A stretch of 64,000 nt of DNA from Longimicrobiales bacterium (GCA_965203485.1 OZ241892.1:2208001-2272000); one strand, 5' to 3'. Shown: positions 9,721 to 20,545, numbered from the stretch's first letter. Made by a program: numbers and translations. Notes: generated by a model from the sequence alone, not told the origin.

Positions 9721-12567
9721 ATGCGCACTCTCCCCTTGCGCTTCCAAGCGCTCGCCGCGGCCGTTCTGGCCGCAACCGTCGCGGCCCCCGCGGCCTCGGC
9801 CCAGGACGCCCCCAGAATGCCCCGCATCGAGTCCGTCGCCGACTACCTCGTCAACGACCCCGCGGTCGTCGAAGGCGCGCTGGAGAACGGCCTCCGCTAC
9901 TTCGTCCGCGAGAACGGACGCCCCGAGAACCGCGCGTTGCTGCGGCTCGTGGTCGACGCCGGCTCGATCCTCGAGGACGAGGACCAGCTCGGGCTCGCGC
10001 ACTTCGTGGAGCACATGGCGTTCAACGGCACGAAGAACTTCGAGAAGCAGGCCCTGGTGGACTATCTGGAGTCGATCGGCATGGCGTTCGGGCCCGACAT
10101 CAACGCCTACACGAGCTTCGACGAGACCGTCTACATGCTCGAGGTCCCGATGGACGATCCCGAAATGCTCGCCACGGCGTTTCGCATCCTGGAGGATTGG
10201 GCCGGCGCCGTGCTCTTCGAGCCCGAGGAGGTGGACAAGGAGCGAGGCGTCGTCACGGAGGAATGGCGGCTTGGGCGCGGGGCGGGCGCGCGCATGAGGG
10301 ACCAGCAGTTCCCCGTTCTCTTCGAGGGCTCGCTCTATGCGGACCGGTTGCCGATCGGCGACACCGACGTGCTCGCGACGGCGCCCGCCGAGACGTTGCG
10401 CCGCTACTACGAGACGTGGTACCGGCCCGACCTCATGGCCGTCGTTGCGGTGGGCGACTTCGACGCCGACGCCATCGTCGCCAAGATCGACCAGCACTTC
10501 GGCCACCTCGAGAATCCCGCAGGCGCGCCCCCGCGGCCCACCCACGCCGTGCCGACGAGCCATCCGCCCCGCGTCGCCATCGCAACCGACGAAGAAGCGC
10601 AGATGACCCGGGTCGGCGTGCTGTACAAGCAACTGCCGCAGCGCTACCAGCGCGTCGGCGACTTCAGGCGGAGCCTCGTGCAACAGCTTTACGCCGGAAT
10701 GCTGAACTCGCGCTTGGACGAGCTGACCCGGCAGGCCGAGCCGCCGTTCGTGATGGCGGTCTCGGCGCGCGGAGGGTTCGTTCGGGCCATGGACGCCTAC
10801 CAGCTGATGGCGATCGTGGAAGAGGACAAGCTCGAGCTCGGCATGGAGACGCTGCTGACCGAAGCCGAGCGGGTGGCGCGGCACGGGTTTGCCGCCAGCG
10901 AGCTCGAGCGGCAGAAGATCGAAGTGCTGCGCAGCTACGAACGCCGGTTCGCCGAACGCGAGAACCAGGAGTCCGGGTCCATAGCGGCGCGGCTCGTGAA
11001 CGCCTTCCTGGAGGACCGGGCGTATCCGGACATCGAGACGCGGGCCGGGCTCGCCCAGATGCTGGTGCCGGGCATCACGGTGGACGAGACGAACGCGCTG
11101 GTCTCCGAATGGATGACGGAGGACGGCCGCGTCGTGCTGGTGGACGCGCCCGAGAAGGAGGGCGTCGATCCTCCCGTCGCCGAGCGCTTGGTCTCGCTGT
11201 TCGACGTGGTCGCCGACAAGAGCATCGACCCATACGAGGACGCCGAGGTCGACGAGCCGCTGCTGCCGGTCGCGCCGGCGGGCTCGCGGATCGCGTCCGA
11301 GGAGACGTTCGACGAGGTGGGCATCACGCTCTGGACGCTCGAGAACGGCGTGCGCGTGCTCCTCAAGCCGACGGACTTCAAGGACGACGAGATCCGCTTC
11401 TCGGCCACGAGTCCGGGGGGATCGTCGCTGGCGGCGGACAACGCCTACTTCAGCGCCGAGATGGCGTCGGGGGTCGTATCCCAAGGAGGCGTCGGCGCGT
11501 TCGACGCGACCGCCCTGCAGAAGAAGCTGGCCGGCCAAGTCGTCAACGTGTCGCCGACGATCTCGTCGCTGGCCGAGGGCTTCGGCGGCAGCGCGTCGCC
11601 CAAGGACATCGAGACCGCCTTCCAGCTCGTCTACCTGTACTTCACGGCCCCGCGCAAGGACGAAGCGGCGTTCGCTTCGATGAAGACGCTGTTCTCGACG
11701 ATCCTTGCCAACGCCTCGTCCGATCCCGCGTCCGTGTTCAGCGACACCGTCGCCGTCACGATGTCCCAAGGCCATCCGCGCGCCACTCCGCCTCGAGTCG
11801 AGGACCTCGACAAGCTCGACCTCGACGTCGCGTTCGACTTCTTCGCCGACCGCTTCGCCGACGCCAGCGACTTCACCTTCTACTTCGTGGGCGCGCTGGA
11901 GCTGGACGCCATGAGGCCGCTGGTGGAGCAGTACCTGGGCGGGCTCCCGAGCGTGGGACGGGAAGAGGCATGGCGCGACCTGGGCATCGATCCGCCCAGC
12001 GGCGTCGTCGAGAAGGTCGTGCGCAAGGGCGTCGAACCGCAGAGCCGAACCAGGATCATCTTCGCGGGCGACGCCGAGTATTCGGTCGCGGAGAACATGG
12101 TCGTGAGCTCGATGGCCGACATCCTGGAGATTCGGTTGCGCGAGCTGTTGCGCGAGGACCTCGGCGGCACCTACGGCGTCGGCGTCTCGGGACGGATCAG
12201 CCGCCAGCCGGACGAGGAGTATACCGTGAGCATCAACTTCGGCTCCGCCCCGGACCGAGCGGCCGAGCTGGCCGACGTGGTGTTCGAGGAGATCGAACGC
12301 ATGAAGACGGACGGCCCGGACGCCGAGACGATCGCAAAGGTGCGCGAGACGCAACGCCGCAGGAAGGAATCGAACCTGCAGGAAAACAGCTACTGGCTGT
12401 CGCTGATCCGCCAGTACGACCGGGCCGGGCGCGACCTGCTGGACATCCCGAGCTACGACCTCATCGAGAGCTGGTCCGCCGAGCAGGTGCAGGCCGCCGC
12501 CGCCCGCTACCTGCGCATGGACCAGTACGCCAAGTTCGTCCTCCAACCCGAGGAGATCGTGCCGTAG
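9721..12567 (+). CDS. M16 family zinc peptidase (PqqL-like)
   Basis: Inverted zinc motif HFVEH, NAYTSFDETVY, LREDLGGTY; signal peptide. Confidence 0.92.
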   Translation: MRTLPLRFQALAAAVLAATVAAPAASAQDAPRMPRIESVADYLVNDPAVVEGALENGLRYFVRENGRPENRALLRLVVDAGSILEDEDQLGLAHFVEHMAFNGTKNFEKQALVDYLESIGMAFGPDINAYTSFDETVYMLEVPMDDPEMLATAFRILEDWAGAVLFEPEEVDKERGVVTEEWRLGRGAGARMRDQQFPVLFEGSLYADRLPIGDTDVLATAPAETLRRYYETWYRPDLMAVVAVGDFDADAIVAKIDQHFGHLENPAGAPPRPTHAVPTSHPPRVAIATDEEAQMTRVGVLYKQLPQRYQRVGDFRRSLVQQLYAGMLNSRLDELTRQAEPPFVMAVSARGGFVRAMDAYQLMAIVEEDKLELGMETLLTEAERVARHGFAASELERQKIEVLRSYERRFAERENQESGSIAARLVNAFLEDRAYPDIETRAGLAQMLVPGITVDETNALVSEWMTEDGRVVLVDAPEKEGVDPPVAERLVSLFDVVADKSIDPYEDAEVDEPLLPVAPAGSRIASEETFDEVGITLWTLENGVRVLLKPTDFKDDEIRFSATSPGGSSLAADNAYFSAEMASGVVSQGGVGAFDATALQKKLAGQVVNVSPTISSLAEGFGGSASPKDIETAFQLVYLYFTAPRKDEAAFASMKTLFSTILANASSDPASVFSDTVAVTMSQGHPRATPPRVEDLDKLDLDVAFDFFADRFADASDFTFYFVGALELDAMRPLVEQYLGGLPSVGREEAWRDLGIDPPSGVVEKVVRKGVEPQSRTRIIFAGDAEYSVAENMVVSSMADILEIRLRELLREDLGGTYGVGVSGRISRQPDEEYTVSINFGSAPDRAAELADVVFEEIERMKTDGPDAETIAKVRETQRRRKESNLQENSYWLSLIRQYDRAGRDLLDIPSYDLIESWSAEQVQAAAARYLRMDQYAKFVLQPEEIVP

Positions 12568-12580
12568 GGCCGGCGCGAAC

Positions 12581-15500
12581 ATGCAACCCCATATGACCAT
12601 CGTCGCGCGCCTTGCCGCGACCGTGCTCGGCGGCGGCGCCTTCGCAGCTCCGCTCGCCGGGCAGGCCGCGCCCCAGCTTGCCACCCGCCACCTCGACGCG
12701 CTTCGTCCGCGCAACATCGGTCCGGCGGTCATGAGCGGCCGGATCGTGGACCTGGCGGTCGTGGAGTCCGACCCCGTCAAGTTCTATGTGGCGTCGGCCA
12801 CCGGGGGCGTCTTCAAGACATCCGACAACGGCATCACCCTGACGCCCGTCTTCGAGCACGAGGGGACGCATTCGGTCGGGGCGATCGCAGTCCATCCCGT
12901 GGACACGGCGCTGGTCTGGGTCGGGACCGGCGAGCGCGCCAACCGGCAGAGTTCGTCCTGGGGCGACGGCGTTTACAAGAGCACGGACGGCGGCGCGTCC
13001 TGGACCCACATGGGACTGCGGGAGAGCCGCCACGTCGGCCGCATCGCCCTGCATCCCTCCGATCCCGGGACGGTCTACGTCGCGGCCATGGGACGCCTCT
13101 GGGGGCCGAACGAGGAACGCGGCCTCTACAAGAGCACGGACGGCGGCGCATCCTGGACCCGCGTCCTCCACGTGGACGAGGACACCGGCGCAGTGGACGT
13201 GGCGCTGGACCCGCAGGACCCCGAGACCGTGTACGCGGCCACCTACCAGCGCCGCCGCCGCCCATGGGGATTCCACGGCGGCGGACCCGGCAGCGCCTTG
13301 CACAAGAGCACGGACGGCGGCGCCACGTGGGACGAGCTGACGGGCGCGGGCGCGGACCGCGGGCTGCCGGAGGGCGACATCGGCCGCATCGGCATTTCCA
13401 TCTACCGGTCCGATCCGCGCATCGTCTACGCGAGCGTCGAACAGGGCTATCGCTACAACGCGTCCACCGCCTACGCCGAGCGGCGGGCGGGCGTCTACCG
13501 CTCCGAGGACCGGGGCGAATCCTGGGAGCACATGAGCGACTGGAATCCGCGTCCCATGTACGCCAGCCAGATCCTCGTCGATCCCAGCGACGACCAGCGC
13601 GTCTACATGGTCAACAGCTACTCCTTCTCGGACGACGGCGGCCGCACCTTCACGGCGCCGCCCCAAAGCCTGCACGGCGACGACCGCCTGGTGTGGGTCA
13701 ATCCGGCCGACTCGCGCCACGTCCTCAAGGCGGACGACGGCGGCCTGGGTATCTCCTACGACCGGGGCCTCAGCTGGCTGTACATCTCGGACCTGCCGGT
13801 CAGCCAGTACTACCGCGTCGCCGTGGACATGGCCGTCCCGTACAACGTCTACGGCGGCCTGCAGGACAACGGCTCGTGGATGGGGCCCAGCGAGACGTAC
13901 GCCGGCGCCGGCATCCTCAACGGCGACTGGACGCGGCTGGGCGGCGGCGACGGCTTCCTCAACCTGCCCGACACCACCAACAACGCCGTCGTCTACACCG
14001 AGTCGCAGTACCTGGGACTGTCGCGCCTCGACTTGCGCACCGGCGAGCGCACGTCGATACGGCCCGGCGACCCGCAGGGACACATCGCCGCCCGCCGCAA
14101 CTGGACGACCTGGAAGGACGTCGGCCCGCCCGAGGAGCAGCGCCTGGGCAACGCCATGGCCCCCGCCAACTGGGACGGCCCGTTCGTCATCTCCCCGCAC
14201 GACGCCGCCACGCTCTACGCCGGCACCAACGTCCTCTGGAAGACCACGGACCGCGGCGATTCCTGGACGCCGTTGGGCGACCTGACCAGCGGCGTGGACC
14301 GCCGCACGTTGCCGATCATGGGCCAAGCGCCCGGCGAGCTCGTCCCGTCGCTGGACGACGGCATCCCCTACTTCCCCACCATCTCCGCCGTCGCCGAGAG
14401 TCCGCTGGCCGAAGGTCTGCTCTACGCCGGAACGGACGACGGCCGGTTGCACGTCTCCCGCGACGGCGGCGCAACGTGGGCCGACTTGACGGGCAAGTCC
14501 CCGGGCCTGCCGGGGGACGCGTGGATGGCGGGCCTGGAGCCGTCGCGCCACCACGAAGGCCGCGTCTACGCCGTGTGGAACAACTACCGCAACGACGACG
14601 ACGCCAACTACCTGTACCGGTCCGACGACCACGGCCGGAACTGGACCTCAGTCGCTGGCGACCTGCCCCCCGAGCGCGTGCTGCGCACGGTGCGCGAAGA
14701 CCCGCGCAACCCCGACGTGCTCTACGTGGGCGCGGAGATCGGCCTGTTCTACACGATGGACGGAGGCCGCCGCTGGACCGAGCTGCGCGGCGGCATGCCC
14801 ACGCAAGCCTTCAACGATCTGGTCATCCATCCCCGCGACAACGACCTGGTCTTGGGAACGCACGGGCGCGGCGTCTGGATCCTGGACCAGATCAACGCGT
14901 TGCAGGAGCTGTCCGCCGAAGTCATGGCGCGGCCCGCGCACCTGTTCTCCGCCGAGCCGGCCGTTCAGGTGCGCCGGGCGGGCAGGGGCGTCCATGCCGG
15001 CGACGTGCACTTCCGCGGCCAGAACCCGCCCAACGGCGCCCTGCTGGACTATTGGCTCGCCCGGCCGGCGGAGGGAGTGGAGCTGGTCGTCGAATCGATC
15101 GACGGCGAGCCGGTGGCGACGCTGGACGGGACAGGGTTGCAGGGGATGAACCGAGTCGTGTGGAACCTGCGCCACGAAGTGGACGACGCGATGGCCGACG
15201 GGCCGGGCGGCGGCACGATCATCGTCGTGGCGCCGTCGCGAGGAGGACCGTCGGGGCCGCTGGTCGTGCCCGGCGCCTACGTCGTGCGCTTGAAGGCGGC
15301 CGGCACGGAATCGGTTCAGCAGATCGAAGTGCGCCCCGACCCGCGCAGCCAAGCCGGCCCCGCCGTGCGAGAGGCATGGACGGCGGCGCTGCTCGAGCTG
15401 GCCCTGGCGCGCGTCCAAGCGCAAGTCGGCTCGGCCTCCGCGGAAGCCGCGGAGCTGGAAGACTTGAAGCGCGAGTTCGACGAGCTGGCCAGCCGCATCG

Positions 15501-15628
15501 CCCGCCTCGCGAGCGCAATCGAAGGCGTCGTGGCACCCCCCACGCAAAGCCAGCAGTCGCGCCGCGCCTACTACGCCGAAATGCTGCAGACGCTCGAGGA
15601 CGAACTGGCCGAGGCCGTCCGCAACTAG
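12581..15628 (+). CDS. VPS10/BNR (Asp-box) repeat glycosyl-hydrolase-like secreted protein
   Basis: Repeated S/T-x-D-x-G-x-S/T-W Asp-boxes, GGLQDNGSW, GTHGRGVWILD. Confidence 0.85.
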   Translation: MQPHMTIVARLAATVLGGGAFAAPLAGQAAPQLATRHLDALRPRNIGPAVMSGRIVDLAVVESDPVKFYVASATGGVFKTSDNGITLTPVFEHEGTHSVGAIAVHPVDTALVWVGTGERANRQSSSWGDGVYKSTDGGASWTHMGLRESRHVGRIALHPSDPGTVYVAAMGRLWGPNEERGLYKSTDGGASWTRVLHVDEDTGAVDVALDPQDPETVYAATYQRRRRPWGFHGGGPGSALHKSTDGGATWDELTGAGADRGLPEGDIGRIGISIYRSDPRIVYASVEQGYRYNASTAYAERRAGVYRSEDRGESWEHMSDWNPRPMYASQILVDPSDDQRVYMVNSYSFSDDGGRTFTAPPQSLHGDDRLVWVNPADSRHVLKADDGGLGISYDRGLSWLYISDLPVSQYYRVAVDMAVPYNVYGGLQDNGSWMGPSETYAGAGILNGDWTRLGGGDGFLNLPDTTNNAVVYTESQYLGLSRLDLRTGERTSIRPGDPQGHIAARRNWTTWKDVGPPEEQRLGNAMAPANWDGPFVISPHDAATLYAGTNVLWKTTDRGDSWTPLGDLTSGVDRRTLPIMGQAPGELVPSLDDGIPYFPTISAVAESPLAEGLLYAGTDDGRLHVSRDGGATWADLTGKSPGLPGDAWMAGLEPSRHHEGRVYAVWNNYRNDDDANYLYRSDDHGRNWTSVAGDLPPERVLRTVREDPRNPDVLYVGAEIGLFYTMDGGRRWTELRGGMPTQAFNDLVIHPRDNDLVLGTHGRGVWILDQINALQELSAEVMARPAHLFSAEPAVQVRRAGRGVHAGDVHFRGQNPPNGALLDYWLARPAEGVELVVESIDGEPVATLDGTGLQGMNRVVWNLRHEVDDAMADGPGGGTIIVVAPSRGGPSGPLVVPGAYVVRLKAAGTESVQQIEVRPDPRSQAGPAVREAWTAALLELALARVQAQVGSASAEAAELEDLKREFDELASRIARLASAIEGVVAPPTQSQQSRRAYYAEMLQTLEDELAEAVRN

Positions 15629-15840
15629 ACCGAAGAGGCCGAGGCGGCGCGGGTCCGTCGCCGCGCAAGGCTGACTGGGCACGACCCACGAAATCGGCGC
15701 TCGGCGACATCTCCTCCGGCCTTCACGCCGGCGCCCCGGCCTGCGCGACTCGACCAACGAGCTCCTCGCTTCCGGCGGCAGGGACGCCGCCGGGGCGCGG
15801 CATCGGGTTGCCAGCGTCAACCGTCGGCCAACCAGTCGTC

Positions 15841-16003
15841 GCATTCTTTCGATTGGACGAGCATCCTTCTTGCGATTGGACGATTGTCATGCAATGTCAT
15901 GCATTCTTTCCATAAAGCATTGCAACCGACTAGTTTGGAGGAATCTTCCGATTGGTCGACGGCCTCTTGCGATCAGCCGTGCATATTTCTTACGATTAGC
16001 CGA
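15841..16003 (+). repeat. Degenerate ~22-bp-period direct repeat array (core CGATTRGNCGA)
   Basis: Core copies at 15850, 15873, 15949, 15970, 15993, weaker copy at 15927, in an AT-rich patch. Confidence 0.6.
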
Positions 16004-16124
16004 TGAACCAAGCCGGTCTCTACCCTCGTTGCGCCGCTCGGCCGTTGGCCGAGGCCCTGGCCCACGGAGCCTCACTAGCGCAACCTCGGGCCGACTGGAC
16101 TCGGCGGCCAGCGATGCCGTCCGC

Positions 16125-17081
16125 CTAGCGGCCCGCTCCACGGGCCTCCGCGCGTCGCAGGACTTCAGCCGCGATCGCCACGTCCTGGACGGCCACGCCG
16201 ACCGACTTGAAGAAGGTCAGTTCGTGCCCGGCCGCGCCTCGAGGGGCGGTCCCATTGACGATTTCGCCCAGGTCGGCGTCGATCACGTCTTCTGGAACGA
16301 TGCCTTGCCGGACCGGAACGATCAAGTCGCCCGCCTCGTCCATCGCGGCCGAGCGGTCTTCCACCACCACTCGGGCGCGCACCACGACCTCCGGGCCGAT
16401 CTCCTGGGCGTCCGGGGTGAAGCTGCCGCCGCCGCTCACATGGGTTTCGGCCGGCAGGGCCGTTCCGTCGAACACCGGCGTGCGCGAGGTGGTCACGGCC
16501 ACGACGACATCCGCGCCGTCGAGCGCCTCGGCCGGGGCTTCCAAGGCATTCGCCTCGACGCCTTCCAACGACGCGGCCAGCCGACGGGCCGATTCTCCCC
16601 CCCTCGACACGATGCGGACATCCTCGACGGGACGCACCGCCCGAATCGCTTCCACGTGGCGCACCGCCTGCGCCCCGGCGCCGAACACCGCCAAGACTCG
16701 GGACTCCGGCCGACTCAGCAGGCGGGCGGCCAAGCCCGCGGCCGCCGCCGTCCGAATCGCAGTCAGTTCCCCGGCGTCCAGCAACGCCTGGGGCGCACCT
16801 GTTTCGTCGTCCAGCATGAGGACGGCCCCGCTGATCGCCGGCAGGCCGCGCCCCCGGTTGCCCGGAAAGACCGACACGACCTTGACGCCGCGCTCCCCGG
16901 CTCCCCGCAACCGCGCGGGCATGAACAAGCTGACGCCCCCGCCCGACTCCAGCGCCACCCGCGAGGGCATCTCCGCCTGCCCTGCCGAGAGCTGTCCGAA
17001 GGCGCGTGCCATCGTCTCGATCGCGTCGGCCATGGGCATCAGCGAAGCGACGTCCGCTCCCGAGAGAACGCGCAACTGCAC
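16125..17081 (-). CDS. Ornithine cyclodeaminase/mu-crystallin family protein
   Basis: LTAIRTAA, GAGAQA Rossmann motif, FFKSVGVAVQD. Confidence 0.92.
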   Translation of the reverse strand: MQLRVLSGADVASLMPMADAIETMARAFGQLSAGQAEMPSRVALESGGGVSLFMPARLRGAGERGVKVVSVFPGNRGRGLPAISGAVLMLDDETGAPQALLDAGELTAIRTAAAAGLAARLLSRPESRVLAVFGAGAQAVRHVEAIRAVRPVEDVRIVSRGGESARRLAASLEGVEANALEAPAEALDGADVVVAVTTSRTPVFDGTALPAETHVSGGGSFTPDAQEIGPEVVVRARVVVEDRSAAMDEAGDLIVPVRQGIVPEDVIDADLGEIVNGTAPRGAAGHELTFFKSVGVAVQDVAIAAEVLRRAEARGAGR

Positions 17082-17121
17082 TCGCTAGCGGCCCGCCTCC
17101 ACGCGGCCGGTGCGAAACACC

Positions 17122-18312
17122 CTAGCGAGCATATGAGAATCTCCAGATGTTGACGAACTCTTGTCCGTCTTCGCCGTGCGCGATCTCGGACACCATATTC
17201 TCTTCGATGAAATTCATCAGAACTCCGTCGTGCCACTGTGATGCAATCGTCGCGCACGCTTGCAAGTCCACCACGTCGACGCGGCTGTGGCGATACGAAG
17301 CCCATATGCCGTCCTTCGATTCAATCCGAACCCGGCCTCGAGAGTCTACGACCTCGACCATTCTCTCCCGCCAGTCAGGCCGACGGTACCAGAACACGAT
17401 CCACAAACGGCCGCTGGAATCGACCATCAAGTCGTGGATCTCGTTCCACGGGGGATTGTCCCAAGAATACGTGCCGGGCCGCCGAGGAATCGGACCGTCG
17501 TACAACGCGGGCCCGTCCAATCTTCCGATCCGCGCGCCGTCTTCCGACCAAGCCTCCACGATGTAGTCGTAGTAATGCGAGCTGAAGATGTTCCCCGAAG
17601 GGTCCGTCGTCAGCCGGCGCTGTGATGTGAAGGCGTCGAGGACATGGCCGCCGGGATCGTCTTCCTGGGGAGCGCCGAACGAGGTGACGATGCCTCCGTC
17701 GTCAACGACGTGGAGGGGAAAGCCGATCCGCTCCGCGGTACCGATCCAAGATTGAATCGCGTAACGACCGCCGTCGGCCAACGGCGTCATCGCGAAGACA
17801 GCAGTGGCAGGCAACCGCCGTTGCTCGGACAACATCTGGTCAGGCCCGATCACGGACACCCTTGCGTTTCGGTTGTCGAACACGTGAACTCGCCCACGGG
17901 CGTCCGTATGCATGGGCTGAGCAAAGTGGAACTCCATCGGCCCCTCGCCGGCTCTGCCGACCGTGGCCAAGTGCGCGCCCGCCGAGTCGAAGACCTTGAT
18001 CTCGGTTCGCTGGCCGGCCCAATAGTTGCCGTCGTGGTCGCGCACGATGTCGCCAAACGTGCCGCGGTCCACGAGAAACCCCTCGTCGTCGTCGGCCCCC
18101 AGCGTCGTCGCGAGTTCGAAATCGATGCACGACTCGCACGGCTCGAGGGCCGCGTCCGCGAGCCTGCACGCGCCGGAGTAGAACGAAACGGCATCGGGAG
18201 CATCCGGCGCGCACGCAAGGCCTAAGACCGGAAGCCATCTCCACGCGACGGCCGGCAACCACCTGCGCTTAGTCCCAGCCGCAGGAAATGCGGAAGCCGT
18301 TGGGCGCGTCAC
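17122..18312 (-). CDS. Six-bladed beta-propeller lipoprotein-like protein
   Basis: C-terminal part of the 17122..20940 ORF; GTG overlaps upstream TGA; VLGLAC; GRAGEGPMEF motif. Confidence 0.65.
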   Translation of the reverse strand: MTRPTASAFPAAGTKRRWLPAVAWRWLPVLGLACAPDAPDAVSFYSGACRLADAALEPCESCIDFELATTLGADDDEGFLVDRGTFGDIVRDHDGNYWAGQRTEIKVFDSAGAHLATVGRAGEGPMEFHFAQPMHTDARGRVHVFDNRNARVSVIGPDQMLSEQRRLPATAVFAMTPLADGGRYAIQSWIGTAERIGFPLHVVDDGGIVTSFGAPQEDDPGGHVLDAFTSQRRLTTDPSGNIFSSHYYDYIVEAWSEDGARIGRLDGPALYDGPIPRRPGTYSWDNPPWNEIHDLMVDSSGRLWIVFWYRRPDWRERMVEVVDSRGRVRIESKDGIWASYRHSRVDVVDLQACATIASQWHDGVLMNFIEENMVSEIAHGEDGQEFVNIWRFSYAR

Positions 18313-20531
18313 GCCGACACGACCCGCCCCACGAAGGCCCGCACGGGATCGTGGCTCTTGAGCACCACGACGGTGCCCCGCGTCTCCTTGGCGATGCGCT
18401 CGGGCAAGGTCCCGAAGAGAATGCGGCTGGAGAAGCTCTCGCCGGAGGCGCCGACCACGACGCCGTCGAACTCGCGCGCGGCGTATTGGACGGACTCGGC
18501 GACGCCGCCTTGCATCACCGTCGTCTCCACCGCCGCGCTTTCGGGCAACTCCGCTCGCTCCTCCCGCAAGCGCGCCCGCTCTTCCTCCAAGCGTGCCGGC
18601 GCCGCCCCCGCGGGCACGACCGCCGCCAGCGTCAGCCGTCCGCCGTCGGCCGTCAGGTTCACGGCGTAGTCCTTGGCCTTGCGGGCATGCGCGCCGCCTG
18701 CCGTCGGCAACAGAATCCGGCGCGGGGCGGCCAGCTCGCGCCCGAACTTGACCAGCATGATGTCGCACCGGCCCAGGCGAACCACCTCGTCCGTCACTTC
18801 GCCCAGGATTCGCCGCGCCGTCGAGGTGTAGCCCTTCCAACCCAGCAGGATCAGGTCGGCCTTGAGCTGCCGCGCCGACTCCAAAATGGCCCGCCCGACA
18901 TTGCGCCCGGCCCGGATCTCCACCGACACGGGCACGTCCGCTGCGGCCGCCGCCTCGTCCAGGCCGTCCAAGCCCGTGCTCTCCCGCTCCACCAGCTCGC
19001 GCGCCAGCGACGGCGGCAGCTGCTCCGGCACCTGCACCACCCGCAACGCCGTGACCTCCCCGCCCCGCGCACGCGCGATGGACGCGGCCATCTCCACGAG
19101 CGGCGCGGCGGTGGCGGGATTGTAGACCGGCAACAAGATCCGGAAGGCCGCCTCGGTGGGCGACGCGCGCAGTCCCACGACCTTGGACTCGGCTGCCGGC
19201 GGCCCCGGCGCCTCGAAGCGAACGCCCTTCCACCCGGCGTACGCGAACAAGCCCGCCGCAAGCGCGAGAATGGCCAGCACGACCGGCAGGAAGTCCCCGC
19301 CGGCGGGGATCTGGAGCATCAAGTAGATGTTGGCGGCGATGCCCAGGGCGGGCAGGAGGGGCACCAGCGGCACGCGGAACGGCCGTGGCATGTCGGGATA
19401 GCGGCGGCGGTGGACGATCAGTGCCAGGTTGACCATCGAGAGCGCCAGCAACAGCACCAAGTTGGCGAACTGGGCCAAGTCCTCCAGCGGCAGCGCCAAG
19501 GCGAACACGCCGATCGAGCCCGCCACGGCGGCCAGCGCGGCCACCGGCGTCTTCGTGCGGTCGCTCACGAAGCCCACCAGCCGGGGAAGATGGCCCAGTC
19601 GGCTCATCGCGAGCGCCACCCGCGACCCCGCCAGAATCGACGCGTTGGACGCCGAGATCATCGAGAAGAGCGCGCCGCCCACGATCACCGCCCCGCCGAC
19701 CGGCCCGAGGAACGCCCGGGCCGCGACGCCCATCGCCGCCTCCGTGTACTCCGTCAGGTCGGCCACCACGACCACGAGCACCACGGCGGCGTAGAGCACC
19801 GTCACCACGACCATCGAAATGAAGATGGCGCGGGGAATGGTGCGCGTGGGCTCGACGACCTCGCCCGCCGACGCCGCGATGGCGGAAAAGCCGAAGAACG
19901 TGATGAACACCAGCGCCGCCGTGGACGCGATGGCGGGCAGGTTGCGGCTGAACCGCTCGCCCAGCACCGACGCGTCGAAGCCGCCCAGCCCACCCGCGAT
20001 GAACCAGAGGAGCAACAGGATCTTGGCCGCCGTCACGACGATCTGGAACGTCCCGCTCTCCTTGGTTCCCTTGACGTTGAGCAGCGTGAGCGCGGCGAGG
20101 AAGACGAGGCCGGGGGCCGCCGCGACCGCCGCGTGCCAGATGAACTCGTTGAAGTAGGTGGACAGGCTGGCGATGTAGAACGCGCACGACGACGCGTAGC
20201 CCAGCAACAGGCACCAGCCGACCAGGTAGGCGACCAAGGACGGGAAGGTCTCGCGGGCGTACAGGTATCCCTCGCCCGAGCGCGGATAGATCGACGTGAA
20301 CTCGCAGTACGTCAGTGCCGTGAAGGCCGCCACCACCGCCGCCAGCAGGAAGGACACGATGGCCGCGCTGCCCACGTAGCCGACCGCCAGGCCGGACAGC
20401 GTGAAGATGCCGGCGGCGATCATGGTGCCGGTGCCGATCGCCAGCGCCGACACCAGCCCCAGATCGCGCGTCAGGCCGGCGCGAACCTCGGCGGGACCGC
20501 TCCCAGCGCCTGCGCCCCCTGGGCCGCCCAC
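18309..20531 (-). CDS. APC amino-acid permease fused to universal stress protein domains
   Basis: GTGTMIAAGIF, FFGFSAIA, many hydrophobic segments; C-terminal ILLPV..., ADLILLG, ILFGTLPERI; start uncertain (20531-20633). Confidence 0.85.
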   Translation of the reverse strand: MGGPGGAGAGSGPAEVRAGLTRDLGLVSALAIGTGTMIAAGIFTLSGLAVGYVGSAAIVSFLLAAVVAAFTALTYCEFTSIYPRSGEGYLYARETFPSLVAYLVGWCLLLGYASSCAFYIASLSTYFNEFIWHAAVAAAPGLVFLAALTLLNVKGTKESGTFQIVVTAAKILLLLWFIAGGLGGFDASVLGERFSRNLPAIASTAALVFITFFGFSAIAASAGEVVEPTRTIPRAIFISMVVVTVLYAAVVLVVVVADLTEYTEAAMGVAARAFLGPVGGAVIVGGALFSMISASNASILAGSRVALAMSRLGHLPRLVGFVSDRTKTPVAALAAVAGSIGVFALALPLEDLAQFANLVLLLALSMVNLALIVHRRRYPDMPRPFRVPLVPLLPALGIAANIYLMLQIPAGGDFLPVVLAILALAAGLFAYAGWKGVRFEAPGPPAAESKVVGLRASPTEAAFRILLPVYNPATAAPLVEMAASIARARGGEVTALRVVQVPEQLPPSLARELVERESTGLDGLDEAAAAADVPVSVEIRAGRNVGRAILESARQLKADLILLGWKGYTSTARRILGEVTDEVVRLGRCDIMLVKFGRELAAPRRILLPTAGGAHARKAKDYAVNLTADGGRLTLAAVVPAGAAPARLEEERARLREERAELPESAAVETTVMQGGVAESVQYAAREFDGVVVGASGESFSSRILFGTLPERIAKETRGTVVVLKSHDPVRAFVGRVVSA

Positions 20532-20545
20532 AGGTTCCGTACCGG

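Noticed and set aside
7975..12780. Very long antisense or alternate-frame ORFs (1601 aa here; also 2736-6206, 60007-63165, 60260-63157)
   Set aside because: Arg/Gly/Ala-rich shadows of real genes, expected in high-GC DNA; no recognisable motifs.
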